A DNA stretch of 62,931 nt, the filler included, from Reticulomyxa filosa (Eukaryota; Protista; Foraminifera): assembly GCA_000512085.1 (NCBI GenBank). It is 21 parts of 21 records of this genome, joined end to end, with 100 filler letters (N's around TTAATTAATTAA, not from the genome) between each part and the next. Parts side by side here need not be neighbours in the genome. Positions count along the whole stretch, not along the records: positions 50,542 to 57,179 come from ASPP01020509.1; positions 57,280 to 58,313 come from ASPP01041927.1; positions 58,414 to 59,899 come from ASPP01005239.1; positions 60,000 to 61,298 come from ASPP01027524.1; positions 61,399 to 62,931 come from ASPP01002063.1; 16 more parts are not named here. One strand, written 5' to 3'. A model generated the notes under the pieces. The model saw nothing but the letters and a program-made list of their open reading frames with translations, was not told the origin of the DNA and searched no databases. Made by a program: the position numbers and the translations under genes. Of this stretch, positions 52,397-62,931 are shown in pieces (the stretch's first letter is position 1; every line of letters begins with the position of its first letter).

Positions 52397-54546
52397 TTAC
52401 AAAAAAGGAACATTTGCAAACTTTTCAACTTCTTCTCGACAATTGGGGCAAACGGGGTTCTTTAACAACCACTGGACTAAACATGACTTATGAAAGAAAT
52501 GGCCACATAACAGCTTGGCCATAGTATCCCCTTTGACCAGTTCGTCCCTGCAAATCGAGCACATTTTATTGTCATGTTCTTCCTCAAATTGCATAAATAC
52601 TTTGCTGTTTAAGAATTGTGATGATCCTAAAAAAGAATTGGAAAATGACTGTTGTTTCGCAAGGGGTACGGGACCGTTTGGACTATTAGCCATTGAAGAT
52701 GCCTCATAAGCACCCATATTGTGAACAGGCCGCTCATTGGAGTGTTCCAGGTTTGTAACACAAAGATTTGAGATCTTTCTCGATTGTGTACGTTGAGTAT
52801 CACGATGCAATCCTGCTCGCAATTTATCCAAAACAAAAGTAGAGGATGGATCGGAATCATACTCCAGCTCTTTGTCGTCAGTAAAATGTACTGGTATTTG
52901 CTCGCATTGCTGCTTAAGATCGTGATGAGCATTGTTGCACCATCTCCTTAAATCTCTGTCACTAAAAGATCTTTTGGATATATGTCCGTGTGCCTTTGCA
53001 GGGACTCCAGTGTTCATGTAAGTGGCATCTTGAGTGGCTCCATGTTGGAGTGTAGTATTGGATGCAATGTTGGCCGGTATAGTCGAGTGAGGTCTTCGTA
53101 ACGATGGCCAGTTAGCAGCGCGTGCTATATCATTCGAGCTGTTGTTAGAAGGAAAAGTGGCTGTGTTATGTTCATACACAAACTCTTCCACATATTCGTT
53201 CACGTTTTCATAGGTGATCGTCACATTCACTTTTTGGGTTCTATCCTCACATATCTCGGAAGTGACAGGAAGCATAGTTTTGGCTTTACGCAAACGGTGA
53301 GGACGATCCAAAGACGATGGAACTACGCGAAGTAAAGACCTCTTCGCGCGAGGCAAAGTGGTTATTGCGGGTGTCGAAGCCAGCCTCGTTACGGTGAAGT
53401 GATTGTTTACACTTTCTGAAGATGATGAAGACGATAGTGAAGGAGATGGAGCCGGAACTAGAGTCTGTATTGAAGCTGGAGCTGAAGCTGGAATAGGAAT
53501 TGAAGCCAGAGTCTGAAAAGGTTTAATCTGCACTAGCTCCGTATCTGCGGTGGTGTTGTCCATGAATGGAGGGTGGCGGCGACAATACTGGAACGCAAAT
53601 ATGCATTGGATAAAGCCAAAAGAAATAAATAGAGCGGAATAAAACCCAATACACAATACGTACCCATAAAATATGACTTCCAGTTTGGGCTTTCTTGCAT
53701 CACGAAAGCACGGCCAAATCTCTCCAATGAGACAGTACCAGCCATATCCTGTTACCAATAATGGAATGCATGACCAATTGATTAGACTGCTCTTCAATTT
53801 TTTTTTTAGACAAAACAGACAAACAAAAAAAAAAATAAATAATAAAAATAATAATCTGTTAAGCAACTCACTATATATGTATACACATATTTTTTTGAAG
53901 GAACCTGGATGCAACAAGCAATGGCAGGACGATTACCAATATAACGCGGACAACACTTTGTAAGTAAAAAATACGAGTATCCTGAAAACAACGGAATGGT
54001 AATAAGAATAGCGATGATGCCGTATTTCCATTGGTTCATTGCGCACCTGTTATCGAATGACCATCCCAAGAGCAGTAGTATGATACTGTAAAGTACGCAT
54101 ACTGTCAACAACACTTTGTAGCATACTACCACTGTCTTTCTTTCACCTGCTTTTTTTGATTGCTCCGTTACATTTTCCTGCTTCTCATTGACACAGGATT
54201 CATTGCTGCGCAATTGTTGGCAAGCCAAATTTAGAGTTATTGGTGCACCTACTTCTGTCTTGGGCTGGCTCCATATTTTTTCACGGCCGTTGTTCTGGTG
54301 ATCTATCACAACACTCGTTTTTGCACTGTTTTTTGAAGTAATTGACGCTTTCGATTTTGTACTTGATGCTCGCAATTGCTTTTTCTCTGCGTTAGACAGC
54401 TCTATCTCTGAGGTTGCCGTTGTTTGCCTTTTCTTTTTGATAAAGAGAGATGCTTCTACTTTTTGTGAGGGTATGGTCCTACCCTTTTCGTCGTGTGTTT
54501 GTCTTTTATATTTATTTGAAAAATTAAGTGAGATTCGCTCAAGCAT
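52397..54546 (-). CDS. Transmembrane RING-H2 E3 ubiquitin ligase (2 exons)
   Basis: About four N-terminal TM segments, a disordered linker, and CSICRDE..LLCGHFFHKSCLVQWL..CPNCR. Confidence 0.92.
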
Positions 54547-55465
54547 GTTCAACAAAACACAACGAATTTCCTATTTTTTTCGTTTTGCTCTCTGTTGGTA
54601 AAAAAAGATTAATGCTTGTTTTTTTTTTGGTTCATGAAGGCCCTTGAGCTTGAGAAACTCTACACACTAGGAAATAGTAGTTGTACTAGAAGTACTCGTC
54701 ACACTGTTTGCAGGGCAAGTTCCTGGAGTTGGTCCCTGTATTTTTTTGAGTGCGGTACACATTTTTTTTCTCTGTGATTTAACTGCATTTGGTTAACGCG
54801 CCACAATTCTAAATTTGCACAATTATGTTCCTTTAGAGCCAAGAATTTTGTAGGTACACGAATAATATACTGTGCTAGTGAATTGACTTTTTTTTTTTCC
54901 AGTGCAAGGCGTTATTCTTCAAGCATTGCATTGGAGGAAGGAAAAAAACTACAAAGATCAGCCCAACAGTTTCGTTTACAACCAAAGGTAAAATTTGTTT
55001 AGTGGCTGAAACAACACGACAAATTTTTTTTTTTAAAATAAATCATTTTGAAAAGTTGTTATTATTATTGTATGTACTTTCATGGTAACTTTTACGATCT
55101 GACGGAGAATTTGGCAAAAGAAGACAAAAGGAGAGAGAGGGAGGAGGGGGGAGGGAAAAAAAGAGAAAAGAGAGAACAAACAAAAAGACGGATAGCAGAG
55201 TACATGGTTTTTCAAACAGTCGACAGGATTTAGTCCTGTCATTTGTTATATTTTGAGATCTATTTTATAACATGGGCCATTTGTCATCAGTAGCAACAAT
55301 TATGGACAATATTGTCATTATGATTATTGTTAAATTATTTATAATCAGGATAGTAAAATATCATTTGATTATAAATCCTGTTCCCTTATCTCTTTATTGT
55401 TTGTCAACCCAAAGATACCCCCCTTCCTTCCTCTTCTCCTTTTATTAAGTATTATTTATTTATTT

Positions 55466-57139
55466 TTATTGTGATTGAAGAGTGGAATAGTTTAGTTTGA
55501 GCCAAGGCTTGATGGAGTCAGATGCAGTAGAGGATCTTCCTTGATAAATGCGGGAGAGCCTCCAGTGTCGCCCATAAACAGCGGCAAGACTTTCTTCAAC
55601 AGCAGGGGGGACCGCCCCTCGCAACATGGTAAAGTCGTACAAGAAAAAATCTTTATCAGTGTATTTTTTGCTCCACTCATTGCCGGTGATGGAGCCCCTT
55701 TCATCTTCATAGGCATGCCAGCTGAGCACTGACTTGTGTTGCGACTGAGAGTCAGCCCACAGTCCGTCCAAGCTGCTTCGAACGGGGAATAAGACATCGT
55801 TAAGCTTATCACGTTTCGTTTTCTCCCACTTGGGACACCAATGCCAAGGCAGTTCTTTCGTGATTATGCAAGTGCCATCAGCCTCGTTGGTATTCCAATC
55901 GCTGAGCAAGTCATCACCTTTTTGGCTCAGTACCTCTTTGCAACTGGAAAAAGCCCACTTTGGAGGCTCTACCGAAGAAGAAGAAAGTGGATTAACATGA
56001 CGTGCACGAATACCTTCCCACAGATCTCCATAGTGCATAAGCCAACAAAGTAAATGATACTCGCGTTCCAAAAGACGTTGGAACACGCCGTCCAAAGCGT
56101 GACTATCTGCACGCGTGGGATCAGTCGTGCGTTTGCGTAGTGGCATCAAATGTCGAAAGGTTTCATAAGTGAAAACAATGGCCAATGGCGAAGCGCGATC
56201 AATGGCCTGTTTGGCTTGAAGCAAGCGATGTATGGATAATTTGAGTTGCTCATCGTTGAAATGCTTTTGACATGGCAGGGCCCCTTTGCATCCATTTTCG
56301 AGATTGAGGAGGAACTTGTCCAGCCCGACAACGTCCTCGCGATTTTCCCCACGTCGCTTCGTCCCCGACAAGAACAAATCTTCGAGCTCGCGAAAGCGCA
56401 CATCCTCGGAGCAGGGACCGCGATAGTGCTCCAAGCCGCGATCATATAACTCCACAACGCTTTTTAGCATGGCGCGATGACGATAGCGGTCTTGCTCTTG
56501 AAATACTGTTCGAAAGAGACGATCGACATCGTGACCCATATGAGAAAATAAAAGCACAGGAGTGGGCGGGATGATCCAATCGACGAGACCTTGTTCCATT
56601 GCGTCGTACGTATTCATTGGAAAGCCGGTCAGGGCATGCCATATACCGACCAATGGATTGGACATATACAAGAGACGATAAAAGAACCCTGCACAAGGGA
56701 TCATGCCCGACTGACAGTGGTCAAACACTAGTCTGGTACCTGCGTCGCACAGTCGGGCGGCACCGTGCATCAATAGACTGGTTTGTAACCCGTTCAGTAC
56801 TCCTGTCGATGCGATCAACAATGGCTTCTTCAGATGCACCAACTCGTCTACCAACGATAACAAACGACCAAAATACAATGGTCCAATGTCTTTCACGCCT
56901 GACATGTGCGCCGCATAGAGCGCTTTATAGTTGGGCGCACCAATGTATTCCTTGTTGTCCCGCGCTGTCAGACCCATTGCAATCGTCGTGTAGTCCTGGT
57001 CGATCACCGTAATCTTTCGTCGCAACTCTTCCAACATACCCAATGACAGTTGCTTTGCTTCGTCGCCGTGACTCGTTAGGTCACTTGAGTTATTATTTAT
57101 CAATAGCATTCGAAATCTTCCATGCTCACTTTCCACTTC
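55466..57139 (-). CDS. 3-hydroxyisobutyryl-CoA hydrolase (crotonase-fold) homolog, likely catalytically inactive; 5'-truncated
   Basis: KPLLIASTG..HG..GMIP..ALTGFPM..GLVD, SPLAI, LEREY..DLWEGIRA..PPKW align to HIBCH, but the catalytic motifs are substituted. Confidence 0.8.
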   Translation of the reverse strand, partial: EVESEHGRFRMLLINNNSSDLTSHGDEAKQLSLGMLEELRRKITVIDQDYTTIAMGLTARDNKEYIGAPNYKALYAAHMSGVKDIGPLYFGRLLSLVDELVHLKKPLLIASTGVLNGLQTSLLMHGAARLCDAGTRLVFDHCQSGMIPCAGFFYRLLYMSNPLVGIWHALTGFPMNTYDAMEQGLVDWIIPPTPVLLFSHMGHDVDRLFRTVFQEQDRYRHRAMLKSVVELYDRGLEHYRGPCSEDVRFRELEDLFLSGTKRRGENREDVVGLDKFLLNLENGCKGALPCQKHFNDEQLKLSIHRLLQAKQAIDRASPLAIVFTYETFRHLMPLRKRTTDPTRADSHALDGVFQRLLEREYHLLCWLMHYGDLWEGIRARHVNPLSSSSVEPPKWAFSSCKEVLSQKGDDLLSDWNTNEADGTCIITKELPWHWCPKWEKTKRDKLNDVLFPVRSSLDGLWADSQSQHKSVLSWHAYEDERGSITGNEWSKKYTDKDFFLYDFTMLRGAVPPAVEESLAAVYGRHWRLSRIYQGRSSTASDSIKPWLKLNYSTLQSQ

Positions 57140-60100
57140 CTATATACATATATATGTATATGTATATGTATATGTATATNNNNNNNNNNNNNNNNNNNNN
57201 NNNNNNNNNNNNNNNNNNNNNNNTTAATTAATTAANNNNNNNNNNNNNNNNNNNNNNNNNNNNNNNNNNNNNNNNNNNNTTTTTTGCATTCGTTCAATAT
57301 TACTAATGTCAAAAGTACCTATGATGCACAACATACAATTTATTGACTTATTTTTGTTTGGAAATTTAAAGAAATCGCAATACCTGTGTCGCTATTTCAG
57401 TATCTGTCTATGTGTTTGTGTATTGTGTACATCGCAATCGTTTTATACTTTGTTTTGTTTTTTTTTGATTGGGTGATAAAAGAGATCATCTCAAAAAAAT
57501 TGATTGGGTGCCCTTTGATTTGTAGACAAGCAAACAAGATGTGAAGCCTTTTCAAAAAAGATACCTGAACAAATCGAGGCACTTGTAAAAGTGCTTGTCA
57601 TCTCATTACGTATTCCAGCAGGACTGCCATTTGAGATCGTTTTTTTTTGTGATGGTATATAGATCCAATCGATGGGTATGTAATGTTGCAGATGGACCAC
57701 GACGAATGGGTCGGAGATGTTAAAGCGATAGGAACATTGCAAGAAAATGACAAACGAGTTGGTCCACTCGAACACGCTCACGTCTCAGTCCGTCCTATAT
57801 GTTAAAAAAAAACGTTTGTGCATACCTCGTGTTGCTGTAAAGTAACGATATTGTGTACGCATTAAGGGGAAGTTGTCCCAAGATTGCATTGATACAAACT
57901 CTTCACAACGGGCATGTGTGTATATGTATACCATGGAGCCACTGGTATTTGTCACAGTGACGACCACTTGCTCCATCCTCTCGGATACGCCATACTTGCA
58001 ATATACAGAGATTGCATTTCAAAGTCACTTGGAGGTTTTCATTGTCATTGTGCTTACTGATTTTCGCTTATGTAACAAGTGATTCATGGATTCAGTTGCG
58101 TCTATAAAAGTAATTATTCTCGAAAATTTTTCTCCTGCTTTTGACTTCATCAAACACATTATGATTTTACTTTCGAAAAGGGGATATATTTTGACTCACT
58201 TTTTCAAAATAAAAATCGTTTCATTAAAAATGATGGAATAATTCTTTGTAGATTTGCCAAAATTGATATAATCATAGAGCAGCTCAAAACATTTATTGCT
58301 GATTCTAATAATANNNNNNNNNNNNNNNNNNNNNNNNNNNNNNNNNNNNNNNNNNNNTTAATTAATTAANNNNNNNNNNNNNNNNNNNNNNNNNNNNNNN
58401 NNNNNNNNNNNNNAAATATCATAACAAATAATTAATGGAAACAATAGTTTTTATTTGTTAGTTAGTTGAAAAAATTTAATTTTCAATAAAGTGTTAGGTC
58501 GAACTTCAATATTCATTGTTTTTTCTAAAAAAGGGAAATGTATGATTAAATTTTGCATTCATTATTGTGTATTGACTATCGTACTATCGTTTTTCTGTTG
58601 TTGCTGATGATACTGATGGGTTTTTGTTTTCCTTTTTGACTAAGCACATTACATTCGTTGTTGGACGCGAATGCGAAAAGACTCTTGCGCCAGCGGACGG
58701 AATACATTCAAATGATAAACAAACTAGTGGCCAGATTGACGGCACAAACAAGTTGTTCACAAGCACACAAATTTGCGGATACACACTGCTTCATCGCTTG
58801 ATTTGTTCGTCCAAGTATACTATGTCTACTTCTATATACATATATATACGTATACATAAATATGTATATGTGAATATATATTTATGTCATACCACTTTGA
58901 TTGTTGACGTCCATATTTGCAACAAATATATAAATGTAGCCGACAACTGCACATAAATGAGCAATATGCATAATATAAAGATTGATCATTTACAATTTCA
59001 AGTCGACTTGCTCAAGATTTAGATTGCCAAGCTATTGGATAAGATGCTAAAACTGATTACAATATATTTGTTCGCCGCGGACGTCACTGTTCATCACATT
59101 CTATTACCTACAGTCATTTATCGATGACAATATGTTAATAATTTTGCTTGGTTGCATTCAATATTGGACTATTAGTGGCAACACGATTTGAAAAAGAGAT
59201 AATTGAACAACTCAAAAGCGAACAATTCAAATACTGTCTGTTATCAAAGATATTCATTTAATGCTTCCAACACATCATTCAAACGATCAATGCAATATAG
59301 TGTGTGTTTTATGTAAATTGTTAATATCTTTTACCTGACACAATATTCACTTTGAACAATATCTTCTATATTGATATCTTGTTGAAATTATAGTCAAAGC
59401 CACATGAGGAATAGTCAGACAATGTGTAGATATTTCAGCTTGGCTTTTACACATGTATTAAAGCTACTTTCTGTTATATCAATAGACAGACAAACAGCTT
59501 GAATTGTATTGCAATATAACATCACTGGCTATTAGTTCAAATAAAAACAAATAGTCACAAAAATATCATTGACTTCAAAATACTACACTGTCGTCCTAGT
59601 CATCTTTGCAATGCATGTTAACGATTATATTTGGCAGTACGATATTAAACGATACAGAATTGATCTTGTATTATTTGCTACCAACAATAACAATGATTGT
59701 CCGCTTGTGTTTCGAGAATGAATCTTGGAAGCAATGTTCGATTCATAAACATGTTCAAGCGGCAATGTTGATAGTATATTGATTCTTCGCTAGAACTTAC
59801 TAATCACATTTCAATGATGTTTAGTTGTGATCTCATGAGTCAAATTGTCGAAAAAGACCAAGTACTTTTTATTTCTTCTTAGTAAAATATTTTTATTTTN
59901 NNNNNNNNNNNNNNNNNNNNNNNNNNNNNNNNNNNNNNNNNNNTTAATTAATTAANNNNNNNNNNNNNNNNNNNNNNNNNNNNNNNNNNNNNNNNNNNNT
60001 CATCTTTCTAACAAAAAAAGGGCATAACATTTTTTTCAACATTATAATTTTCACTTGGATTGTATTTTTCGGAAAAAATTCAGTGAAAAGTTAAATCATT

Positions 60101-60914
60101 TTTTTTTCATGTCTCGAAGTGTTGCCATTATAGAAAAGCCAATAAAGCTAAAAAAACTTTACATACCAGCTTAGAAGCTTCATCTGGCATGAGTTAATCT
60201 TTTGTAGCTGAAAAAAAAACAAAAAAAAGAAGACACGTTAAGGTGTTTCAATGTCTGTTATATTGTTACAAAAAAAAGTCATTTTGAATGATCGAAATCT
60301 TATTGGAATGAAAGAAATAGTCATCAAATCACTTATGTAGACCAATATGAAGATTACTCTTTTCACACTTATAGCCAATACGTTCAATAAAAATAGTTGA
60401 AATCCTTCTATATCGTACAAGCCAGTAGATAAAAATTGGTGTGTATTTAAACCAGGTTTATGTCGTCTTTCTTCCTTACTGAGCTTGTCTTAAATTTTTG
60501 ATTTGATAAGTTTTTAAAAAATGTCAAAAGAATGTTTTAACAAAAATCAATTTTTTGTATAATTTGAAGAAAATCGTTCAAAATTGGAAATTTCATTAAA
60601 CCTTTTAATTTAATCAAAGTAATAATTACAATAAAATTAATGAAATTTTGCAAAATTTTAAAGTACAACATTTGGTAAATTTTTCAATTTTGAGAACTTC
60701 TTGGAAATATATTGAAATCAAACAAAAACAAAACGCGACGAAAAAACGAACAAAAAATTTTGTCAGCTTTGATCAAAATATGTTTCAGCTGAACTATGCT
60801 CTTGATTTTTTATCGTTATATTTTTTTCTTTTCGATGGATGAATTGCTTTTTAATGAGAGAGTTTCCCTTGCAACAAATCATTTGTATGTGGGATGTTAC
60901 AATAGAAATGTAAA

Positions 60915-61223
60915 GAAGAAATTTTCGCGTCCAGCAATTACAAATATGTTAAAGCAAAGGGGCTAAGTGCTATCATAAAGAAGAAGAAACCATTGTTGAC
61001 AATGAAACAGAAAAAGGCAATATATGCATTTGCATTGAAGTACCAAAATTGGACGTTTGAAGACTGGAAAAAGGTTTTGTTTTCAGATGAAAGTAGAATT
61101 AGTTTAAATGGAAGTGATAGTATAAGATATTTATGGAAAAGACCAAGACAACCATTAGATGAAAATTCCATAACAAGAAGATCAAAATTTGATGGTGGAA
61201 GTATTTTAGTCTGGTCACGATAA
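60915..61223 (+). mobile_element. Tc1/mariner transposase relic (end of HTH to first catalytic Asp)
   Basis: GLSAIIKKKKPLLTMKQKKAIYAFALKYQNWTFEDWKKVLFSDES..KFDGGSILVW, then a stop; frameshift upstream; no terminal inverted repeats seen. Confidence 0.9.
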
Positions 61224-62125
61224 TTTTTAATGTATTCTCAAACAAATTACTGTCTTCATTAGCCAACTGATTTGCTAAGCTCATTTGTGTTTATGTAANN
61301 NNNNNNNNNNNNNNNNNNNNNNNNNNNNNNNNNNNNNNNNNNTTAATTAATTAANNNNNNNNNNNNNNNNNNNNNNNNNNNNNNNNNNNNNNNNNNNNAA
61401 AAAAAAATTAGGTCTAAATATTGATTTTTCGTTGAGAAAATCAATTATCATCATAAGGTATCGTTTTAGACGTTCAGTTTTCTTTGAAACCTACTGTATT
61501 TTCTTTTAATTATCTAAAATTTATCATCTTTAGTCTTATATCATGGCCTCTTTTCAATTACTCCATTTTTTTTTTTGCTTTTTCTGTATATATCTTTTCG
61601 CTTATTCTTTTGCTTTTTAATATATGATCTTAATCCTTTTAGTCGTTTTTGTTGAATCTCTTCTTGTGCTACTTGATGACTTATTGTCTGCTATAATAGT
61701 GACGATGTGATTTGGGGTTGTTATATTCTCTTCTTGGATGTGTCTTTCTAAATCTCAAACTTGTTGTGAATGATCGGACTATTTTTTTTTTTGTAAAGAA
61801 TGAAAGGAACAAGGATAACACCCTTTTTAAAACTAAAAAAAGAGTTGGTTTGCTAAATTTACTAAGCAACAGCTCGCAAATGGAACAGGCAAATCTACAA
61901 TTGAATAAAAATACATAATTTCATTTTTATTACCTTTTGTAACAAAATTATTAGTAAGATATATAAATAACATATATCTGTGCTAAATAATTTCAAGTTA
62001 CTATTGGCTTACGTGTGCCATTTCGAAAATAAAGATAACACATCATTTGTAATATTTCTAAATCAAGTTTCTGAATCTTCAAAATAAAAAAAAAGACTTG
62101 TCTTGAAGTTAACTTCATCATCATC

Positions 62126-62849
62126 ATGCTTGAACAACTTCAACAAACGTTCCCCAAAATAGATAAAGAGATCATTTCTGATGCATTGAAATGGTTTAAG
62201 CAAGATGTTGGAATAACAAATAGTGTATTAGCATGGCTAACAGAAAACGCGTAACAAAAATTTTTATGTATTTTCTTTTCTTTTTGAATAATAAACATTA
62301 TCAATATGTTTTGGAATAGTACAAGTTTGCAACAACAGCATCATCTGCTGACTTTATTCAAGTGTTTCGGCAATCAAATTGAAACAACAACAATATTACA
62401 AACATGGAAAAATTACAATCAAATTTTTGCTGATACATGCCATAAATTAGACGATATTTGTACAACATCCAATTTAAATAAGTTAAATGCGTATGAAATG
62501 TACGTATATTACTATAAAATAAACAAAAAAAATAATTTTCTAGGTCTCAAGAAGAAAACGAATTAAAAATAAAGCGAGAAATATGCTTGCATATTTTGTG
62601 GAATATTTTGAAATATCCTAAACATATGAAATATCGTCAAATCAACAAACAAGCTTTATACTACTATTTTACCAATAAATGTCATATGTCAGGTGCTGAT
62701 TTCGATCAAGTAGTTTGGACAATGGAATATCATTTACAAGATTGGGGATTCAAGAAAGGAAATGGTGATAATTGGTATTATCAATATAATAAGATTCAAT
62801 TATTACATCTGTGGAAATGTTATCGTTATTGGATCAATAAACAAATCAT
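62126..62849 (+). CDS. CUE-like plus PUB-like domain protein (3 exons visible, 3'-truncated)
   Basis: LEQLQQTFPKIDKEIISDALKWFKQDV (CUE-like FP..D motif); ILWNILKYPKHMKYRQIN..LQDWGF (PUB-like). Confidence 0.68.
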
Positions 62850-62931
62850 GTATGTGTTTATTTTGTTGTTAATAAAACAAATGATATAAATATATAAATG
62901 ATATAACCAATCATTTTAAATAGATATAAAA

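Noticed and set aside
57653-57680. WYIDPIDG resembling the inositol monophosphatase motif
   Set aside because: Lacks the following T-x-N-F and any other family motif; short frame bounded by stops
1883-61398. Regularly recurring TTAATTAATTAA palindrome as a biological repeat or CRISPR-like array
   Set aside because: Always embedded in N-runs of fixed length; it is an artificial six-frame-stop contig linker
61540-61830. Lys-rich minus-strand fragment resembling a non-LTR retrotransposon linker
   Set aside because: No endonuclease or reverse-transcriptase motif visible; too degenerate to call

Overview
This is not one contiguous locus. It is a concatenation of 21 short eukaryotic contigs joined by 20 artificial 100-bp spacers (N-run + TTAATTAATTAA + N-run), so gene neighbourhood only means something within a contig. 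The DNA is AT-rich and intron-rich, with long homopolymers and microsatellites. The gene families (pentapeptide-WD40, HEAT-like, caspase-like, CUE-PUB, 7TM-RGS) suggest a rhizarian, most likely the foraminiferan Reticulomyxa filosa; this is inferred from recalled family resemblance, not from a search. Recognisable genes: DNase II, GT47 exostosin-like glycosyltransferase, a 14-repeat WD40 protein with a pentapeptide region, a Pro/Thr/Lys repeat protein, a UBX protein, a 7TM receptor-like protein, a divergent kinesin, an ankyrin protein, RPS20, a GNS-like sulfatase, a 7TM-RGS fusion, an EF-hand two-pore channel, a soluble-cyclase-type STAND protein with an inserted PH domain, SDA1, a TM-RING-H2 E3 ligase, an HIBCH-like pseudoenzyme and a CUE-PUB protein. 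There are also decaying pseudogenes (caspase-like, HEAT, RING/TRAF-like) and a Tc1 transposase relic. The most interesting signals are: the two-pore channel with Cav-like glutamate pore motifs; the HET-E-like hypervariable WD40 array, which together with the caspase-like relic hints at an NLR-style non-self recognition system; the 7TM-RGS fusion; the STAND-PH fusion; a putative GA-AG intron and A-rich 3' splice sites; and a small intact Cys/His/Trp-patterned orphan protein. Several single-base frameshifts in conserved genes look like homopolymer sequencing errors.
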